Shown here piece after piece: positions 31,459 through 43,049 of a stretch of 64,000 nucleotides of DNA (its first letter is position 1; every line of letters begins with the position of its first letter). The translations under genes were made by a program, and so were the position numbers. This DNA comes from Utricularia gibba (lineage: Eukaryota; Plantae; Magnoliophyta): assembly GCA_002189035.1 (NCBI GenBank), contig CM007992.1, positions 2,604,001 to 2,668,000 on the forward strand. Direction: 5' to 3'. The notes beneath the pieces are model-generated. The model was not told the DNA's origin, searched no databases, and saw nothing but the letters and a program-made list of their open reading frames with translations.

Positions 31459-31735
31459 TAAAAATAATGAGACGTATTTTATCAAGATACATTTGTATAC
31501 AAATAATATTTTGATTTAATTTATTTATATTTTCAATTAAATTTGTTTAACACAATCAAAAAAATATTGTTTAATAACTTGATGTTCAATAAGATTATTG
31601 ATGTTCATCAATCAAAAAAGCACATTGTGAGCATACAATTGATATTTATAAAAATTTGAACAAAATCTAATAAATATTTATAATGAAAATTTGTTATTTT
31701 AATTTTATAAAAATATACAAAATTTTATTATTAAA

Positions 31736-32911
31736 TGATGGTAATTCTGCAAGTGCACAAAAACCGTCGAAGTAATAAAATAAGATCGTATCCACAGAGA
31801 ATTGTTATTGGAATATTCTTTTCAAAAAGACCGAAAACAAAAGAAAGATTTGGTTTTGAAGACAATAAGAAAACTGGCTTTGGATCTAAGATCCACCTTA
31901 CTTGAAACTCACTCTTGCATGGGTGCAAACCTTGAGAAATGACCTGCTTGCGTAAGCTTTGGGGGTGTTATGCTAAAGTAGTGTTACTTGGTGACCGTTA
32001 TAGCACCGTCCCTTGTTTTGTGGGATTATGGAATCAACCATGCCACCAGAGCCATTTCACCTCTTGTGATAACCTATGTTTTCCCCATACCCAAATCTAA
32101 CCCCTACACCTCTCACCTTGCACACAGATTAGACAGAATGTGCCTTACCAACGATGTCCGATTGAACCCTTCTCCTTAGCTGCTTGAGGCCAACCTTTGA
32201 TTCTCCCACACTCCCTTAGGTCTGGTACTAAAGATTACGTTGGTAAAGAAAATGTTGCGAAAAATAGAATCAGACCTCAAATTAAATGTTGAAAAACATG
32301 GTAAGACAGTCACATGCGCAGAACTTGCGCAAGCAAGGCTTCACAGAAGATCCTCAGCCACAAGCGCTCACACGCGCATGCTTGACTCTAAACAACAAAA
32401 GTTGATGAAAAACGAAGAGAAAGGAATCCAAAACATACTAGACTCGATTCTAAACCCTAATTTGACTCTCTGGTCGTCCACCACTTGAATCCCCCTTTAG
32501 GTCTTCACATTTGGATCTTTTTATAATGATGGGGATTTGTCAGGTTTTCTTGATGGGCTCACATCAAATCTTCCATCTGAATCTTCTAAGATTTGATACA
32601 AATCTTCTAGGATGAGATCCAAGTTTTCCAAGATAAGATGTGAATCTTCTCTTATTCGAGAATCTTTGACCGAGACTTCATTTGGATAGACCAAATCTTA
32701 GCTTCCATTAAAGTAGCTCGAAAATCCTCCAAATTATTCTAAATTTGTCCTGAAAAATCACAAAACACACTTTCCCTCCAAAAAGATTAAAGTGGTATGA
32801 AAAATATAAAATTCTTCTAGAAACATAAGGAAAGTGAGATTAAACGAATGCAAAACCCATCTAAATGAGTCCTAAAAAGCACAAATATAAATGACACAAA
32901 ATCACTTATCA
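31736..32911 (-). repeat. 3' LTR (1176 bp)
   Basis: Runs TGATGGTAATTCTGCAAGTGCAC...CACTTATCA, is a direct repeat of 38601-39824, and abuts the PPT. Confidence 0.92.
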
Positions 32912-32925
32912 ACTTCCCCACACTT
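32912..32925 (-). other. Polypurine tract AAGTGTGGGGAAGT
   Basis: Purine-rich tract immediately before the 3' LTR on the element strand. Confidence 0.8.
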
Positions 32926-34109
32926 GAATGTTTGCTTGTCTTCAAGCAATTGTTCAAGGTATTTTCCTTCAAAATAGTAACTTGCAAATATAGTTAAGTC
33001 AAGAATATGCATAAGTTGTTCAATGACATACCATACACTAGCTCCCCTTGCACATAGCTACTCCTCACAGGTGTCACTCAATATGCTCAAGAAAAGAAAT
33101 CCATAAGAGGAAGGTAGAATGAAAAAGGTTCGCTCAATACCTGAATGCAGGCGAGTCAGTAAACTTGCGCAAGTGATCTACTGGTTTCAACAAGCTTGCG
33201 CAATCATGAGGTCTTTTTCTTGGGTTTTAGCGCGGCAGGAGCTTGGGACAGGTGGAAAATTCGGTTGGAGGCTCCATTTCATAGGTAATAAAGAGTGAGC
33301 ATCCATCAAACAGTTCTGCTATGCTTGTCCTTTGATTTTCGTGTTCCAAGAAACCCCTCTTTTAGCTTTGTGGCTGTTCCAACCTTTCAGCCTCTTTTCT
33401 CTCTTCTTTTTTTTTTTTTTTTAAAAAACAACTCTCTCTCGGACAGGATGTTATTGAAAATCCTTTCATAAATTCTTGAGATAGAGCTTGATCAGTGAAT
33501 TGAAAATTGCTCTCAACTTTTCTTCTTTGCAATAGAGCTCTTGGTTCTGTAACTTGCGCAAGCAAACGAACAGAACTATTTTCCAGATGCTCATTCCTTG
33601 GGTCAAGAGAAATTATTGTAGGCTATAATTGTCAAAATAGATTTGGCTTCTAATGTGGTGATCCAAATAAAAGGTTTCAGGCCAAGCGGGGCTCACTAAG
33701 TGGATTCAAGGTGAGATATTGGGATAAAATAAGGCAAATCCAAGTGCCTCAATCCTTTTGCACAAGACATGCAGAATAACTCAGCAGTATGCACAAGAAC
33801 TAGTCTATGATCATTCTGCATTCAAGTCACTCATAATGAAAAGAAAATGGTCTCCTCATCGAGAAACTAGGGCTATGTAGCTTGAGCAAGGGACATAAAA
33901 TAACAATATGCCAAGAAACAACATAGCAAGAGGCATACCAAAATTCTAATTTACAGCAACTATCTCAAAAAAATAATACAAAAAACAGATGCCTAGGTTC
34001 CAGCAAAACATAAAATGCAAGGAGTTGATTAATGAAATATATGCCAAATTTGGAATTTTTTTTTTAGGTATGAAAAACAATCTAAAAAGTAAAATATTCC
34101 TTCCCACAC

Positions 34110-37100
34110 TTAAATGGGTAGATCCCCCACACTTGTTTCAAGCTGTAGACGTGACAAATGATCAGCCACTCCATTTTCCTTGCCCTTCTTGTCACGAATT
34201 TCCAGATCAAATTCTTCGAGGAGTAGTATCCATCTTATCAATCTGGGTTTCGATTCCTGCTTGCTCAAAAGATATTTCAAGGCAGCGTGATCCGTATGAA
34301 CAATTACCTAGGCACCCAAAAAATAGGATCTGAATTTTTCAATGGCAAAAACAATTTCCAACAACTCATTTTCTGTGGTTGTGTAGTTCCTTTGGACTGC
34401 ATTGAGAGTTTTGCTGGCATAATAAATCACATAATTTACCTTGTCTTTTTTCTATCCAAGAATAGCCCCAACAGCACAATCACTTGCATCACACATCAGT
34501 TCAAATGGTAAGGTCCAATCTGGTGGTTGAAGAATGGGGGCAGTGATAAGAGCTTGCTTCAACGTGTTGAAGGCATGCACACATTTTGCATCAAAACAAA
34601 AATCTGCATCTTGCGCAAGCAACGCTGTTAGTGGGCGAGAGATGTGAGAAAAATTAGCAATAAACCTCCTATAAAATCCTGCATGCCCCAAGAAGCTTCT
34701 GATCCCTTTTACCGTAGTTGGTGCTGGTAATTTTTCAATCACCTCGATTTTTGCTGGATCCACTTGAATGCCTTTGGAAGAAATATGATGTCCAAGCATA
34801 ATGTCTTCTTCAACCATAAAATGGCATTTCTCCCAATTGAGTACCAAGTTGCACTCAATACACCTCTCCAACATGATGTCTAAGTTTTGCAAACATGAAT
34901 CAAAATCAATCCTATAAACAGATATATCATTCATAAATACCTCCATGATCTTCTCCACATGTTCTGAAAAAATGGCTGTCATGCAACGTTGAAAAGTTCT
35001 AGGAGCATTGCATAAACCGAATGGCATTCTCTTGTATGCAAAGGTGCCAAAAGGACAAGTAAATGTGATCTTGTGTTGATCTTCCGAATGAATTGGAATC
35101 TGAAAATATTCAGAATAACCATCAAGGTAACAATAGAAAGTTTGGTTACTTAACCTTTCCAGAATTTGATCAATAAATGGCAATGGGTAATGATCCTTTC
35201 TAGTGGCATCATTGAGTTTCCGAAAATCAATGCACATCCTCTAGCTAGTGACCTTGCGCAAGGGGATGAGGTCTCCCTTCTCGTTTTGTGTCACTGTCAT
35301 GCCTCCTTTCTTTGATATGCAGTGCACGGGGACTCACCCATTGGTTGTCTGAAATAGAGTAGATGATGTCAGCATCTAACAATTTCAAAATTTCGTTTTT
35401 AATCACCTCCTTTAGCATAGGATTCGCTTGTCTTTGTGGTTGCACAATTGGTCTTGCTTTAGCTTTCAAATAAATTTGATGGGTGCAGAATTGAGGGTCA
35501 AGTCTTTTTAAGTCGTCCAAGGTGTACCCAATGGCTTGTTTGTGTTTGCGCAAGACATCCAGCAGCATTTGGGTGTGGTATTCATTCAATCCTGCGTTAA
35601 CAATCATGGGGTAAGTGTGATCATCCTCAAGAAACTCGTACCTCAATGATGGTGGCAGCTTCTTCAACTCAATTTTTCCTCCAACATCAAGTTCCTTCTT
35701 TGTTAGCCGAGCCATCATTGGTGTGTCATCTAGAGTGTCTTCTTTTTCATCCTGCAGAAGATTTACTTTCTGAATTTCGCGCAGAAAAACTACTTGCGCA
35801 TGCTCCTGCGTAACAACATCTTCCGCTTCCCCTTGCACAAGCTCGTTGCAGTCAAATCGCTTCATTGCTTGATCAACATTGAACTCCAGTTCCTCTTCTC
35901 CGAATCTGAGTGTCAATTTCTCTGCTCTAACATCAATTAAGGCTCCTGTGATTGCCATAAATGGTGTCTCTAAAATGATTGCCACCTTTACATCAAGTTC
36001 CATATCCAAAACAACAAAATCACACGGAACTAAATATTTTCCAATTTTTACCGGTACGTTTTCTAGCACTCCTTCAGGATTCTTCATGGATTTGTCAGCA
36101 AATACTAGCTGAATTTTTGTGGTTCTCAACTCCTCAAGATTCAGTGCTTTGAATAAAGAATAAGGCATCAAGCTGATACTTGACCCAAAATCATATAAGC
36201 ACTTCTCAAAATTGCTTCTTCCAATGATACAAGGGACTAAAAAAATTCCAGGATCTGCATGATTTTGAATCAGCCCCTTTGTAAGAATTGTGCTGCATTG
36301 CTTGGATAATTCAATAATAGCATTATTCTCAATCCTCCTTCGATTGGTCAAAATATCCTTCAAGAATTTCGCATAAGTGGCATTTGCAACATCACATCAG
36401 TGAATGAGATGTTCCCATGAAGAGTTTTCAGCATCTCCAGAAACTTGGAATATTGTTGATCTACTGATGATTTGGCATGTCTCTGTGGATAAGGGATTGG
36501 AGGATTATAAGAAGTTAGAGATACGTACACTGGAACATCCAGCAATTCGTCTGCTTGCGCAGGGGCTGCTGTTGTTGCACTCTGCATCTCACTTCTCGTT
36601 GCTGCAGCCTTACATTCAGCAGGATTCTTCTCTAGTTGACTTGGGAGCCTCGAAGCCTTGTGGGTTTGAGCGACATTACTCATCCTACTATCCCGAGTTG
36701 CTCCATACACTCATTAATTTCATTTCCCCAATTGTTCCCTTGCGCAGGCATAGAAGCTCCTTGTGCAAGTTTTCCTTGAAAATTCACAAAATTAACATTC
36801 GTACCTTCCTCTTCTGCCTCACTCTCTGTCTTTTTTGCTTCGACTTGAGCAATGACAGGCTGGAGTTTGCTGATTTTATCATCTAATTTTTGCAATGTTT
36901 CGGAAATCTTTGAAACAGTATTGTCACGAGGGTTGTCCTGAACTCCAGTTTTCGAATTCCTTGCTGGTTGAGACCATCGTGCCTGTCGTTTTGCAAACTC
37001 ATCAATTAGTTCCCAAGCCCTTCTAGGACTTATCTGGTCCAGGGTTCCAACACCCGCATTCAGCAGTCCCTTTGCTTGCATAGCCAGTCCATCATGAAAG

Positions 37101-38469
37101 CACATGATTATAGCAGCGGGGCTAAGTCCATGCTTATCCGTGACTTGTGTAATTTCCTTAAATCTCTCCCAAGCTGCTGCTATTCCTTCTCCTTCATCGT
37201 GTGAAAAATTAGTGATCTCAAACCTGGTGTTAGAGTACTTTATGGGTTCAAAATATTTGTCTAAAAATGCATCCTCCAATTTTTCCCAAGTATAAATAGA
37301 GTTGGGTGTCAAAGAGTCTAAACATCGCCTTGCTGACCCTCATAAAGAAAATGGAAATAAACGTAACCTGATCGCGTCGTTAGAGACTCCTCGTTCCACC
37401 ACCATGTAACAATACCTGGGAAAAATTGCAATGTGTTCTTCGGGATCCTCACCGGGTTCTCCACGAAATGGGCTTTGTTGCACCATGGTGATCAATGAAG
37501 GCTGGAGTTGGAATCTCCGCACGTTAATGGCCGGTGCAGCAATGAGTCCAGGCTTCCTCGTGTGTCGAAAGTTATCACCTAAAGGGACTTCATTCCAAGG
37601 ATCAACAGTAAATCTGTTAGCAGCCTGCTCCCTGCGCACATACCTGTCTCTTCCTGTGTGATGGTTCCTCACTTGCGCAGGTGGTTCCCTGCATGCTGGT
37701 TTTGATCCGTCCTCATCGCTAGATGCTTCTTCAGCATGCACATTCCTCCTGGGCATATGCCGTTGTGTTCCATGATTTTCCCTTTCAAGATTTCCTGCAA
37801 ATTTATACCTCTGCTCGTGACGAGGATTTTGGTTGTCTTGTCGATTTGCTCCATTGTGACCCCAACGGTCATCTCCTTCCCACCTTGGAGGAGAGTTCAC
37901 TCCTCGCCTTGGAGTTCGTGGGTTGTTGTTCTGATTGGCATGATGTTGAGGTTCAAAAGCTCTGTTTTCCTGCCATATGCAAACGTTGATTGTAAATAGT
38001 TTTCATTTGCACCTGCATGCCTAGGCCTTCCTAGACCATGTTCCAGTGCCCTGTTGGCTCTTCCTGGGTCTGGCAATGCGCCTATGGGCCCTTCTCGGAG
38101 AGGTTCCACACCTCGATTTGGTCCCAATCTTGCTGTTGTTCGTTCCCTTGCAAGTTCTTGATCAGATCCATCGCTACGCCTCCGATATGACCCTGCACGA
38201 TCAGCAGCAGATCTGTCTATACTTGTTCTTTCATTTATCAGCAAGGCTGATCAAGTTGCCCTGTTTGGCTGGTGTCTTGGCATCCGCGCTCGTTCGCTAT
38301 CTAGTTCGGACATCACCAGATAGTCCTCCTCATGTCCATAATGCCTTCTAGACATGGTTTCCCTGCGTTGCACTTGCGCTTGACGACTTTCCAACCTAAT
38401 TCTCCGATAGGTCCGGTCAATTTCCAGGTCTAGCGGGTACAGCTTGGTTGAAGCCCTATGCCTTCGCAT
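34110..38469 (-). pseudogene. Athila gag-protease-RT-RNase H, disrupted by frameshifts and stops
   Basis: Gag (DLEIDRTYRRIR; FRGEPGEDPEEHI; IRLRLFPFSL; WEKLEDAFLDKYF), protease region (DPGIFLVPCIIG..LYDFGSSISLMP), RT (CIDFRKLNDATRKDHYPLPFIDQ..FMNDISV) and RH (DASDCAVGAILG..ADHLSRL). Spread over ORFs 38251-38469, 37340-37900, 36680-37312, 36360-36710, 35245-36363, 34452-35237 and onward to TAA at 34110-34112. Confidence 0.9.
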
Positions 38470-38577
38470 GCAACACTAATTAAAAGCAACTGCTTGTGCA
38501 AGTGCGCTAAACAAAATGTCTCGAAAATAACAGAAAAATAAGAAATGATCAGAAAAGAAATTCCAAAGGAATACAAT

Positions 38578-38594
38578 TCCCGGCAACGGCGCCA
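38578..38594 (-). other. Primer-binding site TGGCGCCGTTGCCGGGA (tRNA-Asp type, as in Athila)
   Basis: Lies 6 nt inside the 5' LTR on the element strand. Confidence 0.88.
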
Positions 38595-38600
38595 AAAACT

Positions 38601-39824
38601 TGATGGTAATTCTGCAAGTGCACAGAAACCGTCGAAGTAATAAAATAAGATCGTATTCATGGGAATTGTTATTGGAATATTCTTTTCAAACAAAGATTCA
38701 AAAAGACCGAACACAAAAGAAAGATTTGGTTTTGAAAACAATAAGAAAAGTGGTCTTAGATCTAAAATAGTGCTACTCGGTGTAATAAAATAAGATCGTA
38801 TCCACCTTACTTGAAACTTGCCCTTGCGTGTATGCAAACCTTAAGAACTGACCTGCTTGCGCAAGCTTTGGAGGTGTTATGCTAAAATAGTGCTACTCGG
38901 TGACCGTTATAGCACCGTCCCTTGTTTTGTGGGATTATGGAATCAACCACGCCACTAGAGCCATTTCACCTCTTGTGATAACCCATGTTTTCCCTATACC
39001 CAAATCTAACCCCTACATCTCTCACCTCGCAGACAGATTAGAAAGAATGCGCCTTACCAACGATGTCCAATTAAGCCCTTCTCCTTAGTTGTTTGAGTCC
39101 AACCTTTGATTCTCCCACACTCCCTTAGGGCTATATGGTACTAAAGATCACGTCGGTAAAGAAAACATTGCGAAAAACAGAATCAGACCTCAAATTAAAT
39201 GTTGAAAAACATGGTAAGACAGTCACACGCGCCGAACTTGCGCAAGCAAGGCTTCACAGCAGATCCTCAACCGCAAGCGCTCACACGTGCATTCTTGACT
39301 ATAAACAACAAAAGTTGATGAAAAACGAAGAGAAAGGAATCCAAAACATACTAGACTCGACTCTAAACCCTAATTTGACTCTCTGGTCATCCACCACTTG
39401 ACTCCCCCTTTAGGTCTTCGCATTTGAATTTTTTTATATTGGTGGGGATTTGTCAGGCTTTCTTGATGGGCTCACATCAAATCTTCTATTTGAATCTTGT
39501 AAGATTTGATACAAATCTTCTAGGATGAGATCCAAGTTTTCCAAGATAAGATGCGAATCTTCTTTTATTTGAGAATGTTTGACTGAGTTTTCATTTGGAT
39601 AGACCAAATTTTAACTTTCATCAAAGTATCTCGAAAATCCTCCAAATTATTCTAAATTTGTCCTGAAAAATCACAAAACACATTTTCCCTCCAAAAAGAT
39701 CGAAGTGGTATGAAAGATATAAAATTCTTCTAGAAACATAAGGAAATTGAAATAAAAAAAATGCAAAACGCATCTAATTGAGTCCTAAAAAGCACAAATA
39801 TAAGTGACATAAAATCAATTGTCA
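38601..39824 (-). repeat. 5' LTR (1224 bp)
   Basis: Runs TGATGGTAATTCTGCAAGTGCAC...CAATTGTCA followed by the TSD. About 15 substitutions in one hand-aligned block of about 230 nt versus the 3' LTR. Confidence 0.92.
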
Positions 39825-39896
39825 TTAAATCTTTTATATTTTAAAAATAATTTAATTATCATATTTTTATTTTTGAATATTTTGTTATACTTATAG

Positions 39897-39918
39897 TATA
39901 TATATATATATATATATA
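39897..39918. repeat. (TA)11 microsatellite
   Basis: Direct reading. Confidence 0.85.
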
Positions 39919-41072
39919 TGTGAATAAAAACATTTATGCATAATAATATACATATTTAAATATATTTATGATAAAAAAAAATAATTAAAAAAATATATTT
40001 ATGAATAATTAAGGTGATATTGTAGCCAATACTATAGATGGTGATGGCAGAAGAATTGACAATTTACTAAGTATGTTAATCTATAGTTTATATCAAAAAA
40101 GAAGGAAGATTGAAATTCATGATTTCAAAATGCATAACAAAACCAAAAATATGTAATTCCAATGGAAATAAAAAAAAACTCACAAGCTAAACGAAATAAA
40201 AAAAAACTATTATAATTGAGCATATAATAAAATTCTTCAATTAAATCCAAACACACAAAAACTCAATGAAACATGTAATGAAAATTCTCAAACCAAAGTT
40301 CCCTAAATTGTAAAAAAAAAAAAAAAAAACCTAGAAATCAATAAGAAACATCATTTGGGTAGCCTCATGGACAAAAACTATTTAATATCAATTGGAAAAT
40401 CATTCTAAGCTGCTTTTTTATTATATATTTTCTCAAATGAGTTAATAAAAAGAAAAAAGTAAAATATTATCTTTAGTAATAGAAGAATTGAGAAGTAATG
40501 TATTTGAATAAAAAATGATGAGAAAGTCCAATTCTAATATTGAATTAATTATAAAGCGAAAATCATATTTTGTTTACATGATTTTAGATTTATTTTTATA
40601 ATTTTAATTTTTTTAAAATATATATTCATAATATTGGCCATATACCAATGTGAAAAAAATGAAATAAATTGTCTACATTTTTACTAATACCAATACATCG
40701 AATAAGGTATAGTTTTATTCGATACTAAAAGAGTAGTGATTGATTTTACAGAAATTAAAAATATTAATTTTTGAAATAACAAAAATTAGTTACGAGTGGT
40801 TTTCAAATGTTTTTTTGGATTTCAGTTGTATTATTAGATAAATATTTGAGATTTGGTGGACGCTCATGACACGTCACGTCGCTCGGTTGGCAACCGCGTA
40901 TCGGTTTCGGGACGCGCCGGTGGGCATGCAGGATTCGCGGCAGACGCGCAGACGTGCACGCGATCTTGAGGGGAGGGGAGGGGACTTCGCCGATGAGACT
41001 GTCGGAATGTTGCGGAGGTACGTTTTGGTGATATTTACAGGTTCTATGTAATTTACTATTCATTCTTACAAA

Positions 41073-41774
41073 TCAATCGCCGCATTGCTGATTCGGATCC
41101 CCTGTATCTTCCCCCGCAACGAAAGCCGCCAAATTCAAGTACTTGTCTGGATCATCGCCGCCGCTGCGCCACCGCGCGCGGCAGAGTACACAGGTCGTGG
41201 ATCCTCGCCGGCAACTCTTCCTCCATGTCATGAAACACTTCTCGTGTAACGTGTTCTTGCAAATCCCGCACTCGACTATCTTCTCGTCTCCACGCATCAC
41301 TTCCAAGCAAACAGGGCACCCGCTTATACCATCTCCCGTTTTCTGGGGTTGACCGACGTATCGGCTCCTCCACTGAGGTTGCATCTGATGAAACCTTGCC
41401 CTAACGGCGGCGCCAGCGAGGGCTTCGCTAGAGGTGGGAAGCTCGAGAAAACGGTTAACTTGACACTGCCGGAGGCTCCGTCGCCAGAGCGCCGAATCGT
41501 CCAACGGAAGCCCGAGAACCCGAATGAAGACAAATAGAATGTGTTTGCACGGCGTTGCGCGGTCGGGGCACGTGCACGACGGCGTGGCGGAGAGGGTGAC
41601 AGTGTACACGTTGCCCGTAGAACCGAGGACGAAGAAAACAGAATCGGCTCGGTGCAGGAGGCGGAGACGGTGATTTACGGCACGGACGACCCGATCTGAG
41701 AATTGGGGATGTGAAGGGTCGAAGCGACGTTGCAGATGATCGGAATCAGCGCTTGAGGAGGCGAGCGGTTCCAT
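41073..41774 (-). CDS. SWIM zinc finger plus RING finger protein (plant 'MAPKKK1-like'/ZSWIM2-like, no kinase domain), intronless, 233 aa
   Basis: SWIM motif CTCPD..PCKHILFV and RING motif CPVCLE..CGICKNTLHEKC..CVLCRARW. GC-rich, uninterrupted ORF. Confidence 0.88.
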   Translation of the reverse strand: MEPLASSSADSDHLQRRFDPSHPQFSDRVVRAVNHRLRLLHRADSVFFVLGSTGNVYTVTLSATPSCTCPDRATPCKHILFVFIRVLGLPLDDSALWRRSLRQCQVNRFLELPTSSEALAGAAVRARFHQMQPQWRSRYVGQPQKTGDGISGCPVCLEVMRGDEKIVECGICKNTLHEKCFMTWRKSCRRGSTTCVLCRARWRSGGDDPDKYLNLAAFVAGEDTGDPNQQCGD

Positions 41775-43049
41775 GAAGCGGCGGTGGTAATGAGTTGGGT
41801 TTTTACTGTTGGAATAAATAGTTCAAGAAGCCTGTTTAACTTCTGGGGCGAGGATTCTTTGGAGAGTTTTTAGGGGACACGCGAGGATTGCGTAGGGGAA
41901 GGGTTGTGTTACGCTTCACATAATCTTAAACAGATAAATGAAAAATTAAAATACACATTTTAACTGCTTTTATATTCGATTCATATTCTTAATAAATGTT
42001 TGAAAATTTTAATTCACCAAAATACTGCTTCGTTGCTTTTGTATCATTTTTTTAATAATTTATTATGTTTGTATCAATAAGCAATTCTGAAATGTTAATA
42101 CTCCAAATCCATGTTTTAAAATATGATTTCCACATCGAATCATTAGGAGATTTCGATTTTCAACTCAATTGAACTTCTCAAAATATAATTATTACACAAT
42201 GCACAAATATTTTTATATTTTTTTATTATATTTCTGTAACATCAACTACCTAATAGTGGATTTTTATGAAAATCAATAAGAAAGCCAACAAAGGATATTC
42301 CGAAAAAATAAAAAAAATAAAAAATATTCTGCATGCCAAAAAGATTCCACTATAAATTACCATGGAATTGGTGGGTCATACAAAGAGTTCTTGATATGGG
42401 AGAACTTGGCTCCTTTTAGGGGAATGCGTTTGCTCTAGCTTCAAGAGTGGATTGGAAAATCTATCAAAAAGTCCCTTTTCTTGATCCTTATTGTGGTATT
42501 CATATATGAATAGAGTTGAGTGACTAGATGGATCGCACCATCACATTGGTTTAACGTTTATCTTGGGATGGGGTAGATTTCTACTTTCCTTGGGGTAAAA
42601 ACCATCACTTTTAATTCAATAGCACATCTAATATAAATGTGACCATTGGTCACAACAACAATGGCTATTGAAGACCCATTTATGATGTGGCATGAGTAAT
42701 GAATGTGTAATAGAAATGTGACCATTGAGCACATCTACCCAGGAGTCATTGTATATAAATATGTTGTATAAGTAGAGATAATTAAAAAAACCATTCTAGA
42801 AAATAATTTTTTTATGAGGTACAATTTGTTTCAATACAAACGTTTAACAAAAGATATATAATTATGTACTAACGTCTATATAATGTGAGTTTTAATACAT
42901 ACGTTATCTAATTTTACAAATTTTATATACGAATATTTTAAAAATTTTTATTTTGAAACTAACATTTTAAAAAATAATATGTCTCCAATACCAATGTTTT
43001 TTGGAAATTTTTTTGGTACGTACGTTCATAAATTATTTTTTGAATAAAA

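Larger units (their letters stand above)
31736..39824 (-). mobile_element. Bounded Ty3/gypsy Athila LTR retrotransposon, non-autonomous (no integrase, no env-like ORF), 8089 bp
   Basis: Paired TG..CA LTRs, TSD TTAAA at 31731-31735 and 39825-39829, tRNA-Asp-type PBS, PPT, and gag-PR-RT-RH remnants. Confidence 0.93.

Noticed and set aside
32240-32488. 82-88-codon ORF present in both LTRs (also 39135-39401), plus a second pair at 31988-32179 and 38900-39088
   Set aside because: These are antisense to the element and begin at non-ATG codons. The two copies differ at about 10 of about 82 residues, as expected for neutral LTR divergence.
40866-41051. 61-aa ORF in the CpG-rich island
   Set aside because: It is short, Arg-rich as expected from GC content, and shows no homology signal.
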